A stretch of 56,149 nt of DNA from Promethearchaeota archaeon (GTDB lineage Archaea; Asgardarchaeota; Lokiarchaeia; Sigyniarchaeales; SOKP01). Position numbers and translations under genes: made by a program. The notes under the pieces are model-generated. The model made no database searches. It was given only the letters and a program-made list of their open reading frames with translations, and had not been told where the DNA came from. Positions 29,853-38,871 of the stretch are shown here, in pieces. The stretch spans positions 1-56,149 of the forward strand of contig JBHLOC010000030.1 in assembly GCA_048940925.1 (NCBI GenBank), given 5' to 3'. The stretch's first letter is position 1. Every line of letters starts with the position of its first letter.

Positions 29853-32156
29853 ATGAATACTGAGGAATTTACGTTCTTAGATAAGACAATTCCAATTGAA
29901 AAGAGAGATAAATTTACTGCTTCTTATAAAATTAAGTCTTATAAAACTAAATTAAAACTAATGGAAGATCGAAAAATTCCTCAAAAAAAAATTGCTGATG
30001 TGTTAAATCATTTATTTTCTAAAGATAGACTAATCTCAAATAAAACTAAAAGTTCTATTTTTAAGATTATCTATTCTCAAAATGATAGAATTATTGTAAC
30101 TATAACAGATCATGGAAAAGAAATAATAAGAAATCGAGATAAATTAATCAAAAATTATGGTTGGTTTTTTTTTGTATCTGAAACAGATAAAGAAAAAGTA
30201 TCATCTAAAATAAAAAAAACCAAAAAAAAAGATGAGAAAAAAGAAGAAAAAACAATTAATATAGAAAGTTTTCAACATGATGAGTTCGTTATTCCTTTAA
30301 AACAAAAGGAAAACATGCGAGCACTATATAATACCAAAGAATATAGATATTTTTTGAAATTAATCAAATCAGAGAATCTATTTCAAATGCCCATAAAAGA
30401 CGTTCTTAATGATTTCTTTATAAATAATACTCTAATCCCTCTAGAGGAGAAACAAGGTATTAAGAAAATCATCTATTATAAGAAAGAAAAGGTTATTGTT
30501 ATTAAATCTCTTATTGGTGATGAGATGTATGAAAATCTAGAAACTTTAGTGAAAAAATATGGATGGTACTTTTATATCACTGGTGTTCCTGTCGGAAAAA
30601 GTGACCTTTCGATTGCTATTGATAAAGTTGAAAGAAAATTTCAATCGGATTACTTTTCTACAGTTTCCTTCAAGGAAGAATCAAATAACCTAAAAGATCC
30701 TAGGGTGAGTATATATCCTATAGTTCTAAAACCAAACCATAATTGCCATATTTTGGGTATAGGAAATTTTAATATCTTATTAGATTGTGGACTTTCAGAG
30801 AAAGATGAAGAAAATGAACAAGAAGGTGATATAATATATATAGAAGAATATCTTCAGAATTTACCTCAAATGATCTTAGACGAAGAGAAAAGAAGAAAAA
30901 ATAGTTTAAGTGAAGAATCAAATAAGACTAAATTCGATGATATTCACGATAAACATAAAATTGATGCAATTTTTATATCACATAGCCATTATGATCACCT
31001 CTCAGGACTTAAAGAATTAATTAAAATATTTCCAGATATTCCTATATTATGCTCTCGTATAACTTTAGATTTATTCTTACTTAGAGATTCTAATTTTTTA
31101 AAACAAGAAAATTATGAGGAAATCGAAGAAGAAGAATATCAAAATATAATTAAAAATGTTATATATGTTGAAAATGGTACTAGGATTGAATTTAAAGAAA
31201 AAAATTGTTTTCTCTCTTTTTATCATGCTGGGCATATGCCTGGCGCATTAATGATGTTAGCTAATGCTAATGAATTTAAATTTCTTTATACAGGGGATTA
31301 CACTTATCATGATATTACACCATTCGCAGGAACAAGACGTTTTTTAGATCAAATTCCTTGTCCTATAGATTACTTATTAATTGATGGCACTAGTGCAGGG
31401 GAAGATTTTGGCAATATCTCTGATCAATTTCATAGTTTAATTTTATTTTTAGAACAAAAAGCAGAATATGGAGATAATTCTCTGATTGGTGCAGATCCTT
31501 CCAGTTTAGCAATTAGCTTTATGTTAATCTTCTGGAGATATTTTAGAAAATTACAGTTAAGACGAGGTTTCAAAAAACGTCCAAACATATATGTAGATAT
31601 GATGGTTAGAAAAAATATTCAGGTAATTAATCATCGATACAAATATATTTATGGTCCAATCTCTAGATTAATCAAAGATAAAGCTAATCCCTTCAATAGT
31701 ATAAAATTTAGATGGTTTGATCAGGATAATCTCGATTTTTTACGAAAGAAAAATAATATTATTATCTCTCATCCTCCAGATCTTTCTTATGGATTAATAA
31801 GAAATATTTTAAATATTGTTGGACGCAGTCCACATAATTTTGTGTTTCTAGCAGGTTCAATTCATGAATCACCAGGTTCAGATTTATTAGAAGGTGCTGA
31901 AGAAATTGAATTTTCTGAAACCTGGAAAATGCCCTTTCGAGCCTTTTTACTAAATACATTTGCTCCAAACATTAAAATAAAACTACATGCTGATAAAAAT
32001 CAGTTACAGGAAATGATAAAAGCTTTAGAACCGAAAGAAGTATGCTTTTTCCATCAATCTGCTAAAAATTTAACAGAAGTTGTAGAATTTGTGAAAGAGT
32101 TAGGAGTAGAAAAAGTCTCATTGCCACAAAAGAGAAAACTCACGATTTTAAATTAA
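29853..32156 (+). CDS. beta-CASP metallo-beta-lactamase ribonuclease with a duplicated N-terminal domain
   Basis: LLDCG, SHSHYDH, AGHMPG, YTGD, LHAD, FFH. Confidence 0.85.
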   Translation: MNTEEFTFLDKTIPIEKRDKFTASYKIKSYKTKLKLMEDRKIPQKKIADVLNHLFSKDRLISNKTKSSIFKIIYSQNDRIIVTITDHGKEIIRNRDKLIKNYGWFFFVSETDKEKVSSKIKKTKKKDEKKEEKTINIESFQHDEFVIPLKQKENMRALYNTKEYRYFLKLIKSENLFQMPIKDVLNDFFINNTLIPLEEKQGIKKIIYYKKEKVIVIKSLIGDEMYENLETLVKKYGWYFYITGVPVGKSDLSIAIDKVERKFQSDYFSTVSFKEESNNLKDPRVSIYPIVLKPNHNCHILGIGNFNILLDCGLSEKDEENEQEGDIIYIEEYLQNLPQMILDEEKRRKNSLSEESNKTKFDDIHDKHKIDAIFISHSHYDHLSGLKELIKIFPDIPILCSRITLDLFLLRDSNFLKQENYEEIEEEEYQNIIKNVIYVENGTRIEFKEKNCFLSFYHAGHMPGALMMLANANEFKFLYTGDYTYHDITPFAGTRRFLDQIPCPIDYLLIDGTSAGEDFGNISDQFHSLILFLEQKAEYGDNSLIGADPSSLAISFMLIFWRYFRKLQLRRGFKKRPNIYVDMMVRKNIQVINHRYKYIYGPISRLIKDKANPFNSIKFRWFDQDNLDFLRKKNNIIISHPPDLSYGLIRNILNIVGRSPHNFVFLAGSIHESPGSDLLEGAEEIEFSETWKMPFRAFLLNTFAPNIKIKLHADKNQLQEMIKALEPKEVCFFHQSAKNLTEVVEFVKELGVEKVSLPQKRKLTILN

Positions 32157-32244
32157 TTTAAATGAATTTAAAAAGAAACCATAAATCTTTAAGGTAATCT
32201 TATCTTATTCCTTATAGGATAACATAATAAGAAGGTGAATAAAT

Positions 32245-32637
32245 ATTTATTCTGAAAAAGTAATGGAACACTTCAGAAATCCCCGAAATATGGGTGAAAT
32301 GAAAGATGCTGATGCAGTAGGGGAACATGGGAATCCTATATGCGGAGATTTAATGTATATTTATATTAAGGTGAAAGAAATAGATGGGCAAAATATTATT
32401 GATGATATTTCCTTTCAGACTTTTGGATGTGCAGCAGCAATCGCAACATCGTCAATGATTACGGAAATTGCAAAAGGAAAAACATTAGATGAAGCAATGA
32501 AAATCACTAGAGATGATGTTGCTGATTCTTTGGATGGTCTTCCTCCTATTAAATTACACTGTAGTAATCTAGCTGCGGATGCTCTACAAGATGCTATTAA
32601 AAAATATAATGAAAAGAACAAACCGAACAATTCTTAA
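32245..32637 (+). CDS. iscU: Fe-S cluster scaffold IscU/NifU; probable ATT start at 32245 (first ATG at 32263)
   Basis: (I)YSEKVMEHFRNPRN, CGD, GCAAA, LPPIKLHCS; GGTGA SD upstream of the ATT. Confidence 0.93.
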   Translation: MYSEKVMEHFRNPRNMGEMKDADAVGEHGNPICGDLMYIYIKVKEIDGQNIIDDISFQTFGCAAAIATSSMITEIAKGKTLDEAMKITRDDVADSLDGLPPIKLHCSNLAADALQDAIKKYNEKNKPNNS

Positions 32638-32749
32638 AGTTTTACTAAATTTGTAGTTATTAAATTTGGAGAAAACACTTTTTTTAAGTTTTTAGCAAAA
32701 TAATTTATCTCTAATTTAAAAATTAATATTTTCACTTAACACTAAAAAG

Positions 32750-33196
32750 TTATAGATTTTCATTATGAGAATTTTTATATGCTTTTGCGCAATGTTTACA
32801 ACAAAAATTCATTTCTTTTCCATGAATCGTTTCTGTATGATAATTCTTATATAATTTTACACCACAACTTGAACAAATTTCTAATTTCGATTGAATAGCT
32901 ACATCTATTAGATTATCAAATCTTGAAAAAATCCGATCTGTAAATGCCGAACCTGAGGATGTTAATCTGTAGCCCTTTGATCTCTCATTCTTTTCTGTAG
33001 CTATTTCCTCAATATATCCTTTTTCTTTAAGACTCTTTAAAAAATCATAAATATATGTCGGACTTGATGTTTTTCCTAAATCAGAACCTAATCTTTTTAA
33101 AATAAAATAACCAGTAACAGAATCTTTTGACTTAAGCAATACCAAAGTATATAATTTGGTTAAATTTTGGATTTTTAGATCAGTAATATCCGCCAA
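32750..33196 (-). CDS. PadR-like wHTH regulator with a C-terminal TRASH/YHS metal-binding domain (probable copper-responsive regulator)
   Basis: TGYFILKRL...SPTYIY..LKSLKEKGYI...YRLT; CSSCG...FCCKHC; divergent from copA. Confidence 0.8.
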   Translation of the reverse strand: MADITDLKIQNLTKLYTLVLLKSKDSVTGYFILKRLGSDLGKTSSPTYIYDFLKSLKEKGYIEEIATEKNERSKGYRLTSSGSAFTDRIFSRFDNLIDVAIQSKLEICSSCGVKLYKNYHTETIHGKEMNFCCKHCAKAYKNSHNENL

Positions 33197-33322
33197 TTAT
33201 ATTTCACTAAAGAATTTAATATAACTTTAATTTATAAAAAGAAATCATAATATTTAAATATATATTTTTCCGTATATATACTCAGAAGTAATATTGTTTA
33301 TTGTAAATAATTTGATGATTTT

Positions 33323-33643
33323 ATGCTGTTAGATGGAATTGATCATCGTATGATGGAGTGGATGTTTAGTGGAGATTTCAATTGGTTATTTATCATAGGG
33401 GGAGCTTTTATTTTTTTTATATTGATAATTATAATTGTATATGCTTTAACCAGAGAAAAACATCAACCCCCTGAGGAGATTGAATCCAAACTTACGATTA
33501 ATCAAAATTTAGGGCTTTACAATAATGTTAATGGTATTAAAGATGATATTTTAAACTTCTGTCCAAATTGTGGTGAAAAAATAGATAGATCTGATTTAAA
33601 ATTTTGTCCAAATTGCGGAAGTGCATTTAAGCGAAATGATTAA
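33323..33643 (+). CDS. single-TM protein with a C-terminal zinc ribbon
   Basis: His/Met-containing N-terminus, hydrophobic helix, FCPNCG-x9-FCPNCG. Confidence 0.75.
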   Translation: MLLDGIDHRMMEWMFSGDFNWLFIIGGAFIFFILIIIIVYALTREKHQPPEEIESKLTINQNLGLYNNVNGIKDDILNFCPNCGEKIDRSDLKFCPNCGSAFKRND

Positions 33644-33820
33644 TAAAATTCAGGAAATTATTATTTTTTCTAGATATCATGTTTTAAAAAATAAATTATT
33701 GTTAAATCTAATAAAAATTAAAAAGAAAAACAGTATAAAATATTTTCAAATTATAAACAAAACATATAATTAATAACTGAGGTATATAGTATTAACAATT
33801 ATAAATTGGGTTGAAATTAT

Positions 33821-36800
33821 ATGCAAGTAGAAGAAAAACAGAAAATTAAAATAAAACTTGGTGGTATGACATGTGCATCATGCGCTCTCAAGATAGAGAA
33901 CAAATTAGGTGGACTTTCAGGAGTTAATAGCTCAATAGTGAACTTTGCGAACGAGGAAGCAACGGTAGAATATAATCCTAAAACGGTTAATTATCCAGAT
34001 TTTAATAAAGCAATTAAAGATTTGGGATATAAAGCTTCTCTTGCAAAAATTGATTTGAAAATTACAGATTCAATTCCAAAAGATAAATTTGATCAGCTTG
34101 TCGAAGATGCTAAAGTTGTAAAGGGAATATATGATGTTCGTGGTAATTTTAATGCACTAAAACTTTTCGTTGAATTTAATGAATTAGAAATAGATGAGGG
34201 TAAGGTATATTCGGAAATAAAGAAGCTGGGATATAATATCGAAAAATCTGCGGGTACTATGGATAAAGAAATAGAAGCTCATAAAAAAGAAATGCGATAT
34301 AGGTTAACCATTTTAATAATTTCACTCGTATTTGCCGCATTTATCGCACCAATAAATTGGTTCGTTCCAGAAACTTTCATGCGGAATCTTATTCTCGCTA
34401 TTCTTTCTACAGGAAACTATGCTATTGCAGGATCTTTCTTTTGGGGAGGTGCTTATAAATCATTAAAAAATAAGTCTGCTAATATGGACGTTTTAATCAT
34501 TTTGGGTACAACTACAGCATATCTTTATTCATTACTGACAACATTCTTTATATCCGGTGATGTTTTTTATGAAGCGATGAGTCTGATTTTTGCATTCATT
34601 TTAGTTGGAAAATATCTCGAGCATAAAACTAAAGGTCAAGCTTCTGAAGCAATAAAAAAGTTAATTGGCTTACAACCTAAGACAGCAACGTTATTGAAGG
34701 ATGATCAAGAAATTGAAATTCCTATCGAGGAAATTGAAAAAGGAGATGTTTTAGTTGTCCGTCCTGGTGAAAAAGTACCCGTCGATGGAGTAGTAGTGAA
34801 AGGTAAATCAAAGATTGATGAGTCTATGATTACAGGTGAGAGTAAATATATATCAAAAGAAATTGGGAGTAATGTAATTGGAGCTACAGTTAATCAAACG
34901 GGATTACTTCAAATTGAAACAGAAAAGATCGGAAAAGAGACAATGTTATTTCAAATTATTGAATTTGTAAAAGAAGCTCAATCACGTAAAGGTGCTAAAC
35001 AGCGATTAGCTGATAGAGTTAGTAGTTATTTTGTACCTATTGTTGTTCTGATTGCCTCAATTGCTTTTATTTATTGGTTCTTCTTTGCACAAATGGGTAT
35101 TGAAACTGCTTTACTTGTTTTCACGTCAGTTGTTGTAATTTCATGTCCATGCGCTCTTGGTTTAGCAATACCTACTGCTATCATGGTAGGAACTGGAAAG
35201 GGTGCAGAGAATGGTCTATTGATAAAAGGTGGTGATTCTTTAGAAGCAATTAATGGCATTAATACAATAGTTTTTGATAAAACGGGAACTTTAACGGTAG
35301 GAAAACCCAAAGTCTCTGGTATCTTTTCAGAGAAAGATTTAAAGGGAACGGGCATATCCGAAAAAGATCTTCTTTTCTTTGCTGGGAGCGCTGAAATGGG
35401 TTCAGAACATCCTCTTGGCTTAGCAATCATAGAAGAAGCAAATCAAAAAAATATTTCACTTAAATCGCCAGAAAATTTTGATGCTGTTCCCGGTAAAGGG
35501 TTGATTGCTACAATTAATAACAAAGAAGTGATTCTTGGTAGTCCAAAATTACTAGAAGAAAATAATATTGATATCATTGAATATAATGAGAAATTTGAAG
35601 AATTTCAACAATTAGGGAAAACAGCAATATTTGTAGGTGTTGATAAACAGGTGAAAGGAATAATAGGTATTTCTGATAGAATTAAGGATCAAGCACCTTA
35701 TGCTCTACAGCTTTTAAGGGAATTAGGAATAGACATTTATATGCTTACTGGAGATAATAAACAAACTGCTCTGATTATCGGTAAAGACCTAAATATTGAT
35801 GAAAACCATATCCTAGCCGAAATTTTGCCTAATGAGAAAGCCTTAACGATTAAAGAACTACAAGATTCATTTGAAGATAAAGTCGTTGCAATGGTCGGAG
35901 ATGGAATCAATGATGCTCCTGCACTGGCACAAGCGGATACAGGGATTGCTGTTGGTTCAGGTACTGATGTTGCAATTGAAACGGCCGACATTGTGCTTAT
36001 GAGAGGAGATTTGAGAAATGTTGTTTCCGCTATTAAATTATCTAAAAAGACTTATAGAAAAATGATAACGAATCTGTTTTGGGCATTGATTTATAATATG
36101 ATTGGGATTCCTCTCGCTGCTGGTGTTTTATTTGTTATTACGGGATTCTTTTTACCGCCTTATCTAGCGGCAGTATTTATGGCTTCAAGCTCCGTTTCAG
36201 TCGTAACTAATGCGCTCTTCCTAAAGAGATTTGAACCAAAAACGGAGCAACAAGTTAGAGAAGAAAAATTATTAAATGAAGAAAAAGCAACAGATCCTAT
36301 TTGTGGAATGGAAGTTGTCCCCAGTAAAGCAATTGAATATAAATATAAAGGTGAAAGCTACTATTTCTGTAGTTCAAATTGCGAAGCTGAATTTAAAAAT
36401 GATCCTGAAAAATTTAAAAATTATGATGCGATTAATCCGAAATTAATGCATAAAGGTATTTCTAAAAAAGAATTGGTTACAGATCCAGTGTGTGGAATGA
36501 AAGGAAAACCAGAGGATTGGATTGAATATAAGTATAATGGTGTGAACTACTACTTCTGTAATAACTCCTGTCTTAAAGAATTTAAATTAGATCCAGAAAA
36601 GTATATTAAATCTGAAGAAGTTATAACGGAAGGAGAAATCGCTCCAGAATCAAGCTCCAAACAGACTAAGGAGGAATCCCTAGAAGATGTTCTAAGATGC
36701 TCAAACTGTGGAGCGATTCAAGAATTACCCCAACATTGTGGAAAGCCTATGCATAAAGAAAATGAGCAACTTGTTTGCTGGATGGGAGCTAGCTGTGGCT

Positions 36801-37069
36801 GTCAGCCAATTCCTGAACATTGTGGAAGGCTAATGGAGATTGTTGAAATAAATAAAGATGAAATACAAAAAAATATTAAATTAAATGAGGTGGATAAAGA
36901 TATGGGTAAATTAAAATGTTCTGAATGCGGTGCAACTCAAGATCTTCCTATGCATTGTGGAAAACCTATGCATAAAGAAGGTGACCAATTAGTTTGTTGG
37001 ATGGGTGCAAGTTGCGGAGCTCAACCTTTTCCAGAACACCATGGAAAACCAATGGAAATTATAGATTAA
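33821..37069 (+). CDS. copA: Cu(I)-exporting P1B-type ATPase with an extended C-terminal metal-binding tail
   Basis: [40 protein letters not shown]; two DPxCGM...YYFC (YHS/TRASH) domains and two Cys/His modules. Confidence 0.95.
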   Translation: MQVEEKQKIKIKLGGMTCASCALKIENKLGGLSGVNSSIVNFANEEATVEYNPKTVNYPDFNKAIKDLGYKASLAKIDLKITDSIPKDKFDQLVEDAKVVKGIYDVRGNFNALKLFVEFNELEIDEGKVYSEIKKLGYNIEKSAGTMDKEIEAHKKEMRYRLTILIISLVFAAFIAPINWFVPETFMRNLILAILSTGNYAIAGSFFWGGAYKSLKNKSANMDVLIILGTTTAYLYSLLTTFFISGDVFYEAMSLIFAFILVGKYLEHKTKGQASEAIKKLIGLQPKTATLLKDDQEIEIPIEEIEKGDVLVVRPGEKVPVDGVVVKGKSKIDESMITGESKYISKEIGSNVIGATVNQTGLLQIETEKIGKETMLFQIIEFVKEAQSRKGAKQRLADRVSSYFVPIVVLIASIAFIYWFFFAQMGIETALLVFTSVVVISCPCALGLAIPTAIMVGTGKGAENGLLIKGGDSLEAINGINTIVFDKTGTLTVGKPKVSGIFSEKDLKGTGISEKDLLFFAGSAEMGSEHPLGLAIIEEANQKNISLKSPENFDAVPGKGLIATINNKEVILGSPKLLEENNIDIIEYNEKFEEFQQLGKTAIFVGVDKQVKGIIGISDRIKDQAPYALQLLRELGIDIYMLTGDNKQTALIIGKDLNIDENHILAEILPNEKALTIKELQDSFEDKVVAMVGDGINDAPALAQADTGIAVGSGTDVAIETADIVLMRGDLRNVVSAIKLSKKTYRKMITNLFWALIYNMIGIPLAAGVLFVITGFFLPPYLAAVFMASSSVSVVTNALFLKRFEPKTEQQVREEKLLNEEKATDPICGMEVVPSKAIEYKYKGESYYFCSSNCEAEFKNDPEKFKNYDAINPKLMHKGISKKELVTDPVCGMKGKPEDWIEYKYNGVNYYFCNNSCLKEFKLDPEKYIKSEEVITEGEIAPESSSKQTKEESLEDVLRCSNCGAIQELPQHCGKPMHKENEQLVCWMGASCGCQPIPEHCGRLMEIVEINKDEIQKNIKLNEVDKDMGKLKCSECGATQDLPMHCGKPMHKEGDQLVCWMGASCGAQPFPEHHGKPMEIID
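36692..37066 (+). repeat. two copies of a ~52-aa Cys/His/Met module in the CopA tail
   Basis: [51 protein letters not shown] versus [51 protein letters not shown]. Confidence 0.9.
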
Positions 37070-37090
37070 AAATAGTGGAGGTTTGAAAAA

Positions 37091-37276
37091 ATGAGTAAGC
37101 AAAAATTAAAATGTGCTGAATGTGGAGCAATAATAGAAACAATCCCTCAACATTGTGGTCAAGATATGGTTTTAAATGAAGAAAGTGGACAACTTGAATG
37201 TTGGATGGGACCTAAATGCGGTTATTTGTGTTTAGATGATCTAAAATGTGAAAACTGTTGCTCTGAATCTGAATAA
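37091..37276 (+). CDS. small Cys-rich metal-binding protein homologous to the CopA tail module
   Basis: GGAGGT SD; LKCAECG...PQHCGQDM...QLECWMGPKCG...CENCC. Confidence 0.85.
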   Translation: MSKQKLKCAECGAIIETIPQHCGQDMVLNEESGQLECWMGPKCGYLCLDDLKCENCCSESE

Positions 37277-37379
37277 TTCTTTTTTTTTTCTTTAATTAAT
37301 TAAAACTCTAATTTTTTAATGTAGAATAGGTTTTTTCAATTTTAGTTTATGAATTGGAGAAAGATTTAAAATATTCCTT

Positions 37380-38687
37380 CTATTCATTATTCTGAATACT
37401 CATTTCTTTAAATTTCAACCAAATCTCTAGAAACACAAATATTAGTAATCCAATTACGCAAAGTAGTGCTCCAATGAGAAATGATATTTGGTATGCTAAA
37501 ACTTCACTCTTTCCTCGTCTTATGAGCGCATCTATTAACGGGCCACTTATTAAAGTGCTGGCAGAACCCCAACTCAAGAAAAATGTCGTATTATATACTG
37601 CAAATAATTTTGCACGAAGCCTTGCTGGAATTAAATTTGAAGCTATTGCATATGAAGATGCATAAATTATGACTTCTGCTGCTCCTATTAAGAAACTTCC
37701 TACAAATATTATCTCTAAATGAATGGTAGTGGCAGTAATTATTAAGGCAATAATTCCTATAGAAGCACCAATTATTAATGATCGTGAATGACCAAATTTT
37801 TTACTTAAAAATCCTGCCATAAATCCAATTATCAATACTGCTACTGAACGCATATTTGCTATAAAACTTAACATTATGCTATTCACATTAAAACCAGAAT
37901 CCAAAGAAAGGTATTGAGGATATGGCACCGCGATAGAATTTCTTCCAAAATTAATAAAAACCAATGAAATTATAAATATAATAAATATTACTATATTTTT
38001 TTGATTAGTTTTTTCTTCTATATTTAAATAAATTGGATCTTTTTTCTCTTTTTCTTCTAAATTAATACCTCCTTCTGGACAGAATAACATAGGCACGGTA
38101 GATATAAACATCACAAACGAAGCAACAAAAAATAATGGCCCGTTCCTAAATCCCAATCCCTGGTCATACAAAAATCCTCCTATAAAAATTCCTATAATAC
38201 GCCCCAATCCTCCTATACTGTTAAGTTCACCCATAATTTTTGTACGTTTTTCAAAAGGATATAAATCTGTAATCAGTGCACTCCAACCAATATTAGACAT
38301 TGACCAGAACATTTCTACACAACTTAAACCAATTATAATTACATATCCAGCTAGGTATAGATTATTAAATGAAAAATGTATTAACCAGATACTAAATGTA
38401 CCAATTCCTGCAAAAATCTCACCTAATATTATTAAAGTGCGGCGTCTTTGAAATTTATCACTAATAGGGCCCCATACAAAGTTCTGAAATATGACACTCA
38501 TTATCATAGGAAGCGTTGCGTATAAAGTGGTTTCCCAAACTGATAAATTTAAGAATTCTTTTAAATAAATAGATAAATAAGTGTAAAATAAGCCCCTCCT
38601 AAACATTGCTAGCATCTGAAAAGAAGATAACCCTATAAAGATGCTGGAAGATGTTTCAGATTTTGCTTTCATTGACAAATCTTTCAA
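37380..38687 (-). CDS. MFS transporter
   Basis: About 12 TM helices; motif A GPISDKFQRRR and GFLSKKFG. Confidence 0.88.
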   Translation of the reverse strand: MKDLSMKAKSETSSSIFIGLSSFQMLAMFRRGLFYTYLSIYLKEFLNLSVWETTLYATLPMIMSVIFQNFVWGPISDKFQRRRTLIILGEIFAGIGTFSIWLIHFSFNNLYLAGYVIIIGLSCVEMFWSMSNIGWSALITDLYPFEKRTKIMGELNSIGGLGRIIGIFIGGFLYDQGLGFRNGPLFFVASFVMFISTVPMLFCPEGGINLEEKEKKDPIYLNIEEKTNQKNIVIFIIFIISLVFINFGRNSIAVPYPQYLSLDSGFNVNSIMLSFIANMRSVAVLIIGFMAGFLSKKFGHSRSLIIGASIGIIALIITATTIHLEIIFVGSFLIGAAEVIIYASSYAIASNLIPARLRAKLFAVYNTTFFLSWGSASTLISGPLIDALIRRGKSEVLAYQISFLIGALLCVIGLLIFVFLEIWLKFKEMSIQNNE

Positions 38688-38871
38688 GAATTAATCTTTA
38701 TCAAATATAAATTATCGAAAGAAAATAATTTTCTAAACTTTTCTAATTACTATAAATCTTATCTAAGTTTATCCCATATTTTCCTAATTATTTTTTATAT
38801 TTACATTAAAATCTTTTAGATTTCGAAAAAAAGTTTTAAAATAATAAATCTATTTATTTTTTTTTAAGAAC

